Below the pieces are notes generated by a model, which ran no database searches, was not told where the DNA came from, and saw only the letters and a program-made list of their open reading frames with translations. Made by a program: the position numbers and the translations under genes. From positions 117,988,001 through 118,052,000 of the forward strand of contig NC_045696.1 of NCBI RefSeq assembly GCF_009834535.1: a stretch of DNA of 64,000 nucleotides, read 5' to 3'. This DNA is from Camelus ferus (taxonomy: Eukaryota). Within the stretch, counting starts at the first letter, position 1. Every line of letters begins with the position of its first letter. Positions 25,129 to 36,389 of this stretch are shown one piece after another.

Positions 25129-25918
25129 ATAAACGGGCATCTTGTTTATCTGAGTTAATAACATAAAGTGCTTAAAAGAATGCCTGACACATAGTAGGCA
25201 CTTAAAAATGTCTACTGCTATTGTTCTATAGTTGTGGAAAGTTCCAGGTACACATTAAATGTTTGTTGGATTAGTTGATGAACTTTTATGGTTGGAGGGA
25301 GGAAGACAGAGCTATATCAAATATTAAAGAGAGAGACCTTGATAAGAGTGTCCTGCTGTCTCCTTCTGGGTTCTGACATGGAGCTGTTATGGTGGGGATA
25401 TGGGGAAAATGTCAGAGCAATGCTCTGCCATTGTGACTTGAGTGGATTCAATGAAGATGCCCAATACTGGCTCCACACTGAGTATCCTCACACTGTGGAC
25501 CACAGTGAGACCTCATCAAGAGTTTAAAATATCAAAAGGCAAAACTGTTGAACTCACTGATGGAAGATTGGATGCAAGCATGTCTGAGCCCTTCAACGCA
25601 CCCACCGCTAAAGAGGGAGAGAGATTCTGAAAGTTTTCTGTTAAGCAAGGAGGGTGAATGGAAATTGATTTTGCACTAATAATAATGTAAGACGTGCAAG
25701 ATCTTATACATAATGTCAAAGTATAATTTTCATAGCTGAAAACAAGACTCTCATACCAGTATAAAATGAACACCTGCCGAAGATGTATTAACTTATTCAT
25801 GAGGGAGGCAGTAAGAAGAAGGTAAATCTAGTTCAGAGAGCATTTTGAGGACTTGGGTATTTATGGGCATTTAAAAAGAAATGTTAAATGTCTGTTCAGT
25901 TCTTCTGCCCGTATTTTA

Positions 25919-26648
25919 TTTATTTATTTATTCATTTTTTAAACATTTTTTATTGAGTTATAGTCATTTTACAATGTTGTGTCAAATTCCAGTGTAGAGC
26001 ACAATTTTCAGTTATACATGAACATACATACATTCATTGTCACATTCTCTTTCGCTGTGAGCCACCACAAGATCCTGTATGTATTTCCCTGTGCTACACA
26101 GTACAATCTTGTTTATCTATTCTACATTTTGAAATCTCAGTCTGTCCCTTCCCACCCCCACCCCCCTGTCCCCCTGGCAAACACAAGTTTGTATTCTATG
26201 TCTATGAGTCTGTTTCTGTTTGTATTTATGTTTTGTTTTGTTTTGTTTTGTTTTGTTTTGTTTTGTATTTAGATTCTGCATATGAACGATCTCATATGGT
26301 ATTTTTCTTTCTCTTTCTGGCTTACTTCACTTAGAATGACATTCACCAGGAACATTCATGTTGCTGCAAATAGCGTTATGTTGTCAGTTTTTATGACTGA
26401 ATAGTATTCCATTGTATTAACAGACCACATCTTCTTTATCCAGTCATCTGTTGATGGACATTTAGGCTGTTTCCATGTCTTGGCTATTGTAAATAGTGCT
26501 GCTATGAACATTGGGGTGCAGGTGTCATTTTGAAGTAGTGTTCCTTCTGGATATATGCCCAGGAGTGGGATTCCTGGGTCATATGGTAAGTCTATTCCTA
26601 GTCTTTTGAGGAATCTCCATACTGTTTTCCACAGTGGCTGCACCAAAC
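25919..26648 (-). mobile_element. Young 5'-truncated camelid-type L1 with perfect 18-bp TSD
   Basis: TSD TCTTCTGCCCGTATTTTA at 25901-25918 and 26649-26666; ORF2 C-terminus, 3' UTR with (TTTTG)n, and an A-rich tail on the minus strand. Confidence 0.96.
26356..26646 (-). pseudogene. L1 ORF2p C-terminal remnant
   Basis: [32 protein letters not shown]...CTPMFIAALFTIAKTWKQPKCPSTDDWIKKMW is canonical L1 ORF2; TGA replaces the Trp of FAATWM; no endonuclease or RT domain. Confidence 0.93.
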
Positions 26649-26688
26649 TCTTCTGCCCGTATTTTAAATGGGTTGGTTGGTTGCTTGC

Positions 26689-26743
26689 TTTTTAATTGAA
26701 GTACAGTTGACTTAAAATGTTGTGTTAGTTTCTGGTGTACAGC
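26689..26743 (-). mobile_element. Very short L1 3' terminus
   Basis: Reverse complement gctgtacaccagaaactaacacaacattttaagtcaactgtacttcaattaaaaa matches the ends of other L1 copies in the window (e.g. 59941-59995). Confidence 0.85.
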
Positions 26744-27119
26744 ATGGACGGACTTGGAGGGCCTTAAGCTAAGTGAAGTAAGTAAGTCAGACAGAGAAAG
26801 ACAAATACTGTAAGGTATCACTTATACGTGGAATCTAAAAAGTACAACAAACTAGTGTCCATAACAGAAAAGAAACAGGCTCACAGACGTAGAGAAGGAA
26901 CTAGTGGTGACCAGTGGGGAGAGGGGCAAGATGGAGGGGGAGGATTAAGAGGTACAAACGATCAGGTATAAGATAAGCTACGTGGACATATTGTACAACA
27001 TGGGGAATACAGCCAATATTTTATAGTAACTATAAATATAACCTTCAAAAATTGTGAATCACTGTATTGTGTACCTATAACATATAATATTGTACATCAA
27101 CTACACTTCAATTTAAAAA
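26744..27119 (+). mobile_element. Older L1 3' end (L1MA/L1_Art-like 3' UTR)
   Basis: atggacggacttggagggccttaagctaagtgaa ... gattaagaggtacaaac ... tgtacatcaactacacttcaatttaaaaa; A-rich sequence continues to about 27237. Confidence 0.88.
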
Positions 27120-28359
27120 CTATGATACTGCAAAATAAATGCATATATAAATTTGAAAAAAGAAATGGCAAAAACCCCCAAAATAAATAAATGATTAAAA
27201 AATTAAATCTCCCCCCCCAAAATTTTTTAAATAAAAAGAACTGGTATAATTAGGTTGCTAGGTTAGACACAAAGTGGATTAATGTTCCACAGGACAATAA
27301 AAACCAAAACTGTTGGGGTTATCTTTGTTACCAGACAGAAATTATTTGCATCTTTGCCACACAAGACCTGCAAGTTAACACATCACTTCACAGTGTTCAA
27401 GCCCTTAATTAACAGTCAATAGCAAAGTTGAGCAAAGGTACATCCCCAGGATACTGAATTATCCTTAGGTGGCCTGGTTAGACAAAGCTCCTATAAATCA
27501 TTTGAAAAGACATGCTTTATTTCCAAGGGATTTGTTTGGAGAACTTTTTATAGCAATACTCTCTATACTTTGTGTGTTATTTTCTTTATTTTCATGAGTT
27601 TAGTTTCCATAGATTCTATGAATTTCCATAGCTTTTATGGGTTCTCTCTCTCCAGATCCCTAACTCTGTAGTCTCCATAAGATTATACACTTTTTCAACC
27701 ACAAATTCCACCATGAAGAGAAGGTTTTTTGTTTTTTTTTTAATCTGTTTGGCTTGTGTTTGTTTGGGGGGCAGCGTCAGCCTCATGCTGGAAAAGAATC
27801 ATTTTGTGCTCTGTGTTTGTCCCCCTTCTTCAGACTCTAAGACCTGGTCAGTTTAGAAACCTCAGCATTTACCTGAGCTACACATTTCTGCTTTCTAGTG
27901 ATGCCTGGGACATACTGGGAACACAACAATGATGCCTGGATAAATGAATGAATGTAATAAAGGCAAAAAAATATTGTCCTTAATCAGGAAAGAGTTATGA
28001 AGTTACATAACAGGTTAACACATGGGTCCAGACCAAGGAATAGTTTGACACGTCAAAGGTACAGCCTCAGAGCTGCAGGAGGATGCCTGCTCTTTTAGGA
28101 TAAGCAGAAATCAGCCAATAAGGAAAAGGCTTCGGGGTAAGGCAAAGATTGTTCCAATCAGCATTTAACCCAGGACGTACTCTTTTTGTCTACCTAAAGC
28201 AACAGTCTGCTAGGTCCCAGCCACCAGTGGGTCCTGAAAGAGAGCTGCATTGGAGAACTGGTCCTCTTGGTTTCCGGGGTTTTTCCTGCTAGGAGAGAAT
28301 CTGCTCAGTATCTATAAAGAAGAAAATTTCTAGTGGAATCTAGATATTTGTTATATTTT

Positions 28360-28520
28360 CCCAAAGCTTTACTTAAGAACCTGAGGTGGTTTAAAATAAA
28401 AGATACCCCCCCCCAAAAAAAAAGGGTATTTTTTAATGAATTGAAGTGTCATAGTAAGGAAGATAGGTAACCTAGCCCTGGGTGTCCTGGTAGCCAAAGC
28501 AAGAAAGAAAATTTTACAAC
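28360..28520 (-). mobile_element. Possible L4 (RTE-X) 3' fragment
   Basis: tcctggtagccaaagcaagaaagaaaa and ctgaggtggtttaaaataaaaga resemble the reverse L4 3' end. Confidence 0.35.
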
Positions 28521-28964
28521 TTGCACAAATCCTACTTTCTAGTAAGGAAAAATACCAGTAAAGAGAAAACTTGCACTATACTGTATACAAGTTATATACT
28601 GATTTGCCTACATTATACAAAGAATTTACGTACAAACCCTTGGATATGGACCCCAGACAGTATGGTGGAAGCCTCCAACCCAAGTCTTGCAAAATGCTGG
28701 ACTTACACTCTTTCAATCTCTGTTTCTAATATTCCTGCTTACTGACAGCTAAGTCCACACTGTTTCATCATAAATAGGCAATCCATCCAGATATGCAGCT
28801 TTTGGTTGGTCTAACCAGATAGAGTGGTACAACTTAGACAATTTGTAGAAATAAAGTCGGAGAATCGTCTGGTTTAAGCACTTTGGATATCAATTTGACC
28901 TTCACTTTGACCAAAGCTGGGCAGAGGCCCGTTCCAGACTGAGATATCAATGTTAAAAGGGAGG

Positions 28965-29038
28965 CGATACGGCTCACTAACGTCTGCATTCTCCATGCCC
29001 AGCATGGGCCCTGGCGCGCGGTAGGTGCTCAGTGACAC
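28965..29038 (+). mobile_element. L2 3' tail with GC-shifted sequence
   Basis: ctccatgcccagcatgggccctggcgcgcggtaggtgctcagtgac aligns to the L2 tail. Confidence 0.55.
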
Positions 29039-29073
29039 TGGACCACCAGCACGAGTGAGTGTGGAGCAGCCAG

Positions 29074-29092
29074 AGCGCCCCGAGGGGGCGAA
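29074..29092 (+). promoter_or_regulatory. Candidate CTCF-like site (palindromic)
   Basis: CCCCGAGGGGGCGA versus CTCF core CCASYAGRKGGCRS; CGCCCC-GAG-GGGGCG is a perfect inverted repeat. Confidence 0.35.
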
Positions 29093-30247
29093 GACGACTT
29101 GGAGAGAAGGACTCGCGTTGGATTCTGGGCAGAGGAGGGTCACGCCCTCTGTGCCTGTGGTGACGGGGCTAACACATCTCTGTGGATTCAAGGCTCAGCG
29201 TAGTCACACGATGATACCTTCATCCATACTTTTAGTAATATATGTGCAAGTTAAGTGCTCAAAATCTGCATATAGCCTATCCCTTAATGCGGGTGTAGTT
29301 CTTGCCAACAAAGCCTTTGCTTTTCTTCTGGGAAAGGAGTGAAAGGCCTTCTACTTGCACTGTACCTAGGAGTCCACAGGGCACTCCTCCAGTGTTCTGG
29401 CCCCTCCCCAGTGGAATGGGCAGTGGGGCCTTACAGCATTTCGTGCAGGCGACCGTGATCACGTCAAGGTCAAGGTGATTCCAGTGCCCCATTTCGAAAA
29501 CTGACCTGGTGGACAATCAAAACTGCTCTCGCGGGCGTCTTCTATGCTTTTCCTAGTGCAGTCTATCCTGGACATGCACACAAGACTGATTTTCTGAAAA
29601 CAGCACTTTGATCCTGTGGCCTCTTCCATGTTAGGGGAGAAAAAACAAAACAAGAGTTGGGAACTGGAGGGCAGGAGGACATCCTTCAGGGACCATCCCC
29701 CTGTTACGCCCTGGGCCCAGATTAAACACCCAGTAAGTCCCTGGACCACAGATGGGTCAGAACACAGGCCAAGCCCTCTGCAACAGGAAATCGTGGTTTT
29801 GCAAAACATACTCCATTAGGCATCCTCCTGCCCTACCTTTTTCTCAAACATTCTGGAGGGGCAGAAAAGGAAAGGTCTTTCTGAGAGGGTAGCAGCTTGA
29901 CAAATGCACCAACGATAAAAATGCTGTCCATTTGCAGAGCAAGGCATGGCTTCAGGTACACTCACTTCTTCATTCTCACAGGAGGCCCCTGCGTGGATCC
30001 TAAGACAGTAAACTAAAGCGGGGCTTCTCAAACTATCCCTGGTGAGGAGGCCACTTTATTTTTTTGTTTCCAATCCACTGCAGATCAAGACTTCTGTAAA
30101 ATAATGAATTATTTCTTTATTTCATTTTTAGAATAGAGATGTAAAAGTATTAGCCCGTATTTTTATTATTATATTCAACAGATATAAAAATAGGCTCAAA
30201 TTGCTGTAAGTTTTCCTGAATATTTATTGTCAAAATCTGGATTTGTT

Positions 30248-30392
30248 GAGGGAGGGTATAGCTCAGTGGTAGAGCACGTGCTTGGCTTGCATGAGGTCTT
30301 GGGCTCAATCCCCAGCACCTCCATTAAAAAAAAAATTAGTAAATAAATAAACCTAATTACCTACCCCTACAATAAAGAAAGCACACACACAG
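30248..30392 (+). mobile_element. Vic-1-type SINE, full length, with TSD
   Basis: gggagggtatagctcagtggtagagcacgtgcttggcttgcatgaggtcttgggctcaatccccagcacctccatt...aaacctaattacct; TSD AAATCTGGATTT at 30233-30244 and 30393-30404. Confidence 0.94.
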
Positions 30393-31074
30393 AAATCTGG
30401 ATTTCTCATGGCAGTAACGCTCATGGAGTGGCACCAGTCAGGGGAAAACACTGAATAGCACTGGTTTAAAGTGTGCTGGAAAGCCCCTTCGAACACCAGA
30501 CTGCCTTTCTTTTTCCCTCTGGGTACATCGCTTGAGAAAAAGTCATACACACAAGAAACACAAAATGCCTAATGATTTATTTCTTTAGAGGGGGTCATAA
30601 GACTATATCATCAAACCGCATAGGATTTATGACATGAATCCAGCTTGGACATCATATGAGTTTCACTGACCTATATCTATCACTAAATGATCAAGGAAAG
30701 GTCAGTCCCTGGGCTACGGGTGATCTAGTCTCTAGGGACATATTGACAGTAAATTTAGATTGCCATTGTAGCGATCATCACGGAGAGTGTGAACTTATTT
30801 AATGGTGACACATGCTCGGGTCCAAGGCACCTCCCCAGACAAAAGCAACTATCATTCCAAAAAGAACACTTACCCTCCCGTCCCCCCCACTTTGAGTCTG
30901 AGACACTCTGGCCACTTCAAGGCGCACGCCATGAGTAGAAAAGATTTCATGTTTCCATTGATGCCAAAGATCATGCAAACTGTTCAACATATTTTCTTTT
31001 TCTTCAGCAGGTAAAAGAGCCAGGGCATAATTCCTAACCCACGGGTTTCTTATAACATTCATTCGAATGACTCT

Positions 31075-31447
31075 CCTCTGTTCACCAAACTATTTCCCCT
31101 TCTTCTTGGACTAGTTTGCATTCCTCCCTGCACACTAGGTGCAGCCGCCGGACGATGGAACATGGGTAGAAGTGATGTGTGTGTTTCACTTCCAGGTCTG
31201 CCCCTTAGGAACCTGCCGAGCCTGGCCCTTCCTGTGCGTCCCCTCCTCCAGCACGGTTGGAAGTCATGTGCGGAAGATGTGCCGCTAACTGGAGGAGTCG
31301 GGGTCCCTGAACCTGAGCTTGGAGGAGCCTCTCTCCAGCAGGAGTGCTCATTTTAGACATGAAGTGAGAGTGAATCTGAAATGGGGGTATGCCTTTGGGA
31401 TTCAGGGGCTTGTATATGACAGCAGGGGATGTTACCTTGGTTAATAT
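31075..31447 (+). mobile_element. Old MaLR LTR (MLT1I/J-like)
   Basis: atgggtagaagtgatgtgtgtgtttcacttccaggtctgcccctta ... ggggtccctgaa ... gggattcaggggcttgtatatgacagcag. Confidence 0.65.
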
Positions 31448-33299
31448 GCCTTCAGAATCAAAGAAATCAACTACTTTTCGCCATCACTGTGCAAGCTTGG
31501 CTGGAGAGTTAGAACTTCTTTATACATCCATTCTTTTGTGACCCTTTCAATGGGCCTGCTGTGCATCGGTTCATTCAGGAATTCTTTATTGAGCACCTAC
31601 TGTGTGTCTTCATCGGACACAAGCATCACATCTAAGGGTCCCTTAAAATGACCCCCAAGAGAACAATTCTTACTTCAGATTTGGTTCTAAAGTGCCTAGG
31701 TTTAGGGCTATAATCATAAAGCAGACACACCTATCTTTAATGCCCCCCTCTTCCCTCCTGGCTACCCTCCCACCTCCACCCCCGCACTCCTGGGTGCCAA
31801 CACAGGGGAGAGCTTCAGGCTGCTTGATTTTGAGGAAAGAAAATGAAATGTTCCCCCAGGAGGTTTCTTTGCTCATCCTCATTCAAATGCATGATTTCAC
31901 AGGGACTTCCAAACTGGGAGGAGGTCATTTCCATGGTGCCGGTGACATCCGAGGGACACAGGGAAGGAGAACTGGTGAAGTGAGAGATTTCGAGTCTTTC
32001 TATATGTGATCCCCTCCCCTGGGTACTCAAGTGACTCTCATGAAATGCCCGGATTGCTTTTGGAGGCTTTTTAAAGTCTGGTGATTTTTCATTTTGTGTG
32101 TCACGGCACGGAGACAGCACTTAGGAGAGAAGAAAAGAGGCCCAGAGTTTTACAGCCTGTCTGAATGCGGCAGGCCACTGCCTGGGAGGAAGTGGGATTG
32201 ACCTGTGCACCTTGCTTGCTCCAGAATCAACTCCTGAGCAGGTGTGTTCCACCGCCGTCCCATTTCCTCCCGCAGCTTCCTCGGAGCTAGCTGTTCTGCA
32301 GTCTCTGCAGAAAGTTGAACCGTTTCACGGGAACCTTCTAACAGAGCTGAGCGGCTCCCTCACGTGCCATCAGATTTGTTTACTTGAAACGGAAAGTTGG
32401 GATTTGCAAGTCTATTTTGATTTGATTTTTTTATAAGTGAAAAGATTAAGTTTAGATGACGATAACCGAGTATATTTTATTCTTTCCTGCTCCTCACATC
32501 CAACCTGCGGTCCTATTTCTCCAAGGAAAGATTCCTTGATGGTCCCATTGTCCCACCCACACTACTCCCTTCTTCGCTGTTTGTAAAAACACTGCTGGGA
32601 AATTAAAACAAGAAATGCTATTTTCCGAAAAAACGGAAGCCTATAGGAGCTTTAAGCAAACGACGCTGTATTAAATGATGTTGGAGGCTTAGAACCGAGC
32701 ATCGTGTTTTGCAGACACTGTGTAAATGATTAATTACAGTGGTGGAGATGATGCAGACACCCATTGACCTATTAGGAAGAAAGGAAAGAAAGCAAGTCTC
32801 GGGTTTGCAGAGTGCAGACCTCGCTCAGGGACCACTGCTCGCTCCGAATATGGATTTCAGGAAACTTCAAATCACCCTCCATCTGCAGGATTGAAGCCCC
32901 CAAGGCCAGAACCATCTACTTTTCACATTTGATTTGGGCTGGGATCTGGGGTTGAAATGCCATCCCCCCTTCTCCTCACCACCCTCCCCTGCGCCTCGGT
33001 AACTCTGTTATTTCTCCTATTAATATCTCCTCAACATCGGGCAGGTGCTTCCTGGACGGAGGTTCTTCATTAACAAGTTGTCAGTGGGACAAAGAGTCGG
33101 ACCCCCACGGTTGAAGGAAGCTGGCACGGGCCCCGGCAGGAGGAGGCCAGAGAGCATCCTGCCTGACGATTACACTTTCCATTGGGTCCCCGTTTTCCTA
33201 TTGAACTTAAATTTGGACTCACCCATCTGACTTCCGAAAACTTTCCTGGAACTTCCTCCTTCAGCAAACATTTGTTCTCGAATTAAATCTATTTTTATG

Positions 33300-34020
33300 C
33301 TCGATGTCATATCTGAATCAGCAGTTTTTAAATACTCAATATATCTTTAAATGCCAACAGACAACAAGTATAGCAGGTGTTTAATTGTGGTTTAAAGATC
33401 CACATTGTTCACATTTTACAATCACAATTAAAATTAAGCAATAACACCAAAGGAGTTCCGGTAAACAGCAATAATACTTACCCGTATAGTGAAATTGATA
33501 AGGATCCAAATATAATGATGCCCATTGTAGTAACCCTGTGGTGACTGATTGCTATTCTGCCGTTAGCAAACAACCAAGAAATACTTTATTTTTTCAGAAT
33601 TATCAATTTGTTTCTAGGGTATGTGAACAATGGAAACCTTAAGGGAGAATGCAATAGTTAGTGAGGTATTAAAACAGTTATATAACTAATAAAAACACTA
33701 AATCAACTTAGATATGCAGCAGTGTGTCATTTCTATTTTAATAAAAAAGTACATTATTCTCTTCCTGAAATTACAAAATTTTATTTTTTTTTGCTCCTTG
33801 CCAACATATTTGGAAAGTAAAAAAGTCATAAATCTATGGTTTTCTGGAATTGTCATTTATGTGATTCTCTAGTCCTTAAAAAAAATAGAATAAAAACAGG
33901 CATTTTCATAAAACGATCGATTTGAAAAATTATTTGCATTCGCTGCTTGCAATTTTTTTTTCTTTGGGAGGTTGGGAGGGGGAGCACAGGGACTTATAAA
34001 TAAAACACATTTGATTTTCA
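33300..34020. promoter_or_regulatory. Candidate developmental enhancer / conserved non-coding block
   Basis: Repeat-free AT-rich block with SOX CATTGTT (33403) and AACAATG (33626), FOX GTAAACA (33461), HOX-type GTCATAAATC (33825) and octamer ATTTGCAT (33932); conservation not verified. Confidence 0.35.
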
Positions 34021-34606
34021 TAGCATCCCTGTATGCTGAGAGTTAAGATCTCTGGATATGCCTGCTCAAATAGGCAGTGTGCAGAGATGCTTTATTGAAG
34101 GGAGCGTTCACATCCTTTGCTGTGCAGCCTGCATGGTAACAAAGGCTCCAGCAGAGAGTCAGACTCCTGGCACTGGTCAGATGGGAGATGGTCGGGGAAC
34201 CAAGCCAGAAGGCTGCAGCAGTCTCTCCCATTTGCAGACCTGAGAACCCTTGGAACTCCCCATTCCAAAATCTGAGCAGAGCTGTCCAGATCTCGCATCA
34301 AGAAATTTAGATGCATGCCTTTTTCGTCTCTGAAAACAGTCAGGCTCCCCAACAGCGGCCATGGGATGGTTTCTATACACCCTTGAAAATTCTCATGAGT
34401 TTATTGCCTGAGTTGCTAGAGAACACCTTCCCCCGGGGAAGAGCCACAAGTAGCTCTTGAAAGACCTAGATGTGGAATCGCAGAACTGCAAGATCGTTTT
34501 AGAAGAACTGAAGAAAAGCAAGGGGGCAAAGTTCACAACTAGGAAGGACCTTTGAATTCATCCACCATCCATTCGTGAGTCACATTTTCCACCAAAATAA
34601 CCCAGC

Positions 34607-34765
34607 ACAGTGGTCTCTGCCTTGCCTGCATATTAGTATCCCATGGAAAGCTTTTAAACACATGTATATTTTAAATACATACATATATACCCAGGCCGGA
34701 TGAAATCAGATCCCCGGGGACAGAGCCGGCGTGATTCTGACACACACACATATTACCAAGGAACT
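34607..34765. mobile_element. MER5-like MITE (degenerate)
   Basis: cagtggtctctgccttgcctgcatattagtatcccatggaaagcttttaaa ... tgaaatcagatcccc ... gtgattctgac. Confidence 0.55.
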
Positions 34766-35209
34766 TGAGGGTGGATCCTTTTATCTTAAAATCTGTGTGC
34801 ATTTTGTAATTCGATTCCATAAAGCATTTTTGTTTCATTGATTAATTACAGCGGCTTTATTTTCCACAAATATTCGAGTAAAATCAATGAACCAGGAAGA
34901 TGTACCGTATTCCCCCTGTGACTTGCCCTGCACCTGAGGGTGTTACAAAAGCCAGGGAAGCAAGGGTCTAAGTTACTGTGTAAAGGAAGAAACTGAGGCT
35001 CAGAGAGGTAAAGTCCTTTGGAGTTTCTGACGATACTCTACCATCTGCCCCTTTGTACCATATGTAAAGGGCAACTTAGTGATGCAATACTCTGGATTCC
35101 ATTCAAGAGAACACAAGAAAATATGAAATGCCTGGGAATCTGATAAAAGAACACCATAGCAGTGGCAGTTACAATTTCCTGAGCCCAGCTAAATGTCAGA
35201 AACTTGCGT

Positions 35210-35690
35210 ATTCATACAGTCATTGAACAAATTTTATTGACTGTTATTATAGGAAAAGTGCTGATCTAGCCAACTGTGGATGCAACAGATATTAACATGA
35301 GATGTGGTCCTTGATTTCTTGGAACTTCATGCCACTGGGGGAGACCAAGATTGACCAAAAATCACAGCGATAAGGAAAGAACTGGGATCTGCGATAAATG
35401 CTTTGAAGGGAAGATGGTCCCATGAGAACAACAAAGGAAGATGATCTATGCTAGAGATTCAGGAAAAGAAGAGACACTTGAGCTGAGAGCGTGAAGGATG
35501 TAGGAGTTCACCAAATGGTGGGACATGACAGAGTAAAGAAAGAGCATGCCTCCCAGCGAGAACAGCACGTGCAAACATCCTGGGGTGAGAGAAGGCAAAG
35601 CACTCGGGAAGACGGGAGGGAGGGTGACAGTGACTGGAACAGAGAGAGCGTGTGGAGCAGCAGGCAGGAGAGGCAGGTGTTGATGAGACT
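35210..35690 (-). mobile_element. L2 fragment
   Basis: tcattgaacaaattttattga ... cttgagctgagagcgtgaaggatgtaggagttcacca ... gagaacagcacgtgcaaa. Confidence 0.8.
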
Positions 35691-35694
35691 TGAT

Positions 35695-35840
35695 CTTTAC
35701 AACCATCTAACATGGAGGAGGTTTGGTTCCCATTTATAAATGAGAAAATCAAGACCCAGAGTCTAAATAATATAATCCAAGGTCACATCATTAGTAACTG
35801 GCTGAGTCAGGCAAGAAAATCTGCTTCCTTGGATTATCCC
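35695..35840 (-). mobile_element. MIR
   Basis: cccatttataaatgagaaaatcaagacccagag ... tccaaggtcacatcattagtaactggctgagtcag. Confidence 0.65.
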
Positions 35841-36389
35841 TTTTGCTGCCCTGCCACTGTTCGTAAACATTCAGTGTGGACAAAGAACCTTTAGAGATGG
35901 TCTATTGCACCTCCTGTGGGTTCCGTGTCCCCTCTGCATCGCACAGCAGGCACCAGGCTCAGGGGGCTCAGACTGCAGGGTCTGCCGGGGCTGAACAGAG
36001 TACATTAAGAAAGACCCATGACCCTCCTGAGATGACAGCACGGTTGGAATCACAGATGCCCATCACAATTAGCTCAGAGGACAAACAGGAAGGCCACCTA
36101 GCACCTTTCCTGGGGCTCAGTGACAAATGACACTATGATTCAACAAACTGGTGACTCACAAACCACTTGTAGACATAAAAAATAAATTCTTATGCATCTG
36201 AGTTGCAAACAGGACCACCAGCAAACTGGAAGTCAGGGCTATTGGTGGATGTTCCACACCCTGTCCTCTGCACACAACATCTCCCTGTTCAAACTCCCTT
36301 GATAATTCCTCTAGGGTAACTCTGGGGTTGCTGGTAAACATTTATTTAAAAGCTACTCATCTATGGTAGAGCATGAAGCAGAAGTAAAG

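Noticed and set aside
30248..30323. tRNA gene (tRNA-Ala-like A and B boxes); the same applies to 3243-3316 and 61302-61375
   Set aside because: The heads continue into SINE-specific A-rich tails, two copies have TSDs, and the cloverleaf pairing is degraded; these are SINE heads, not tRNA genes.
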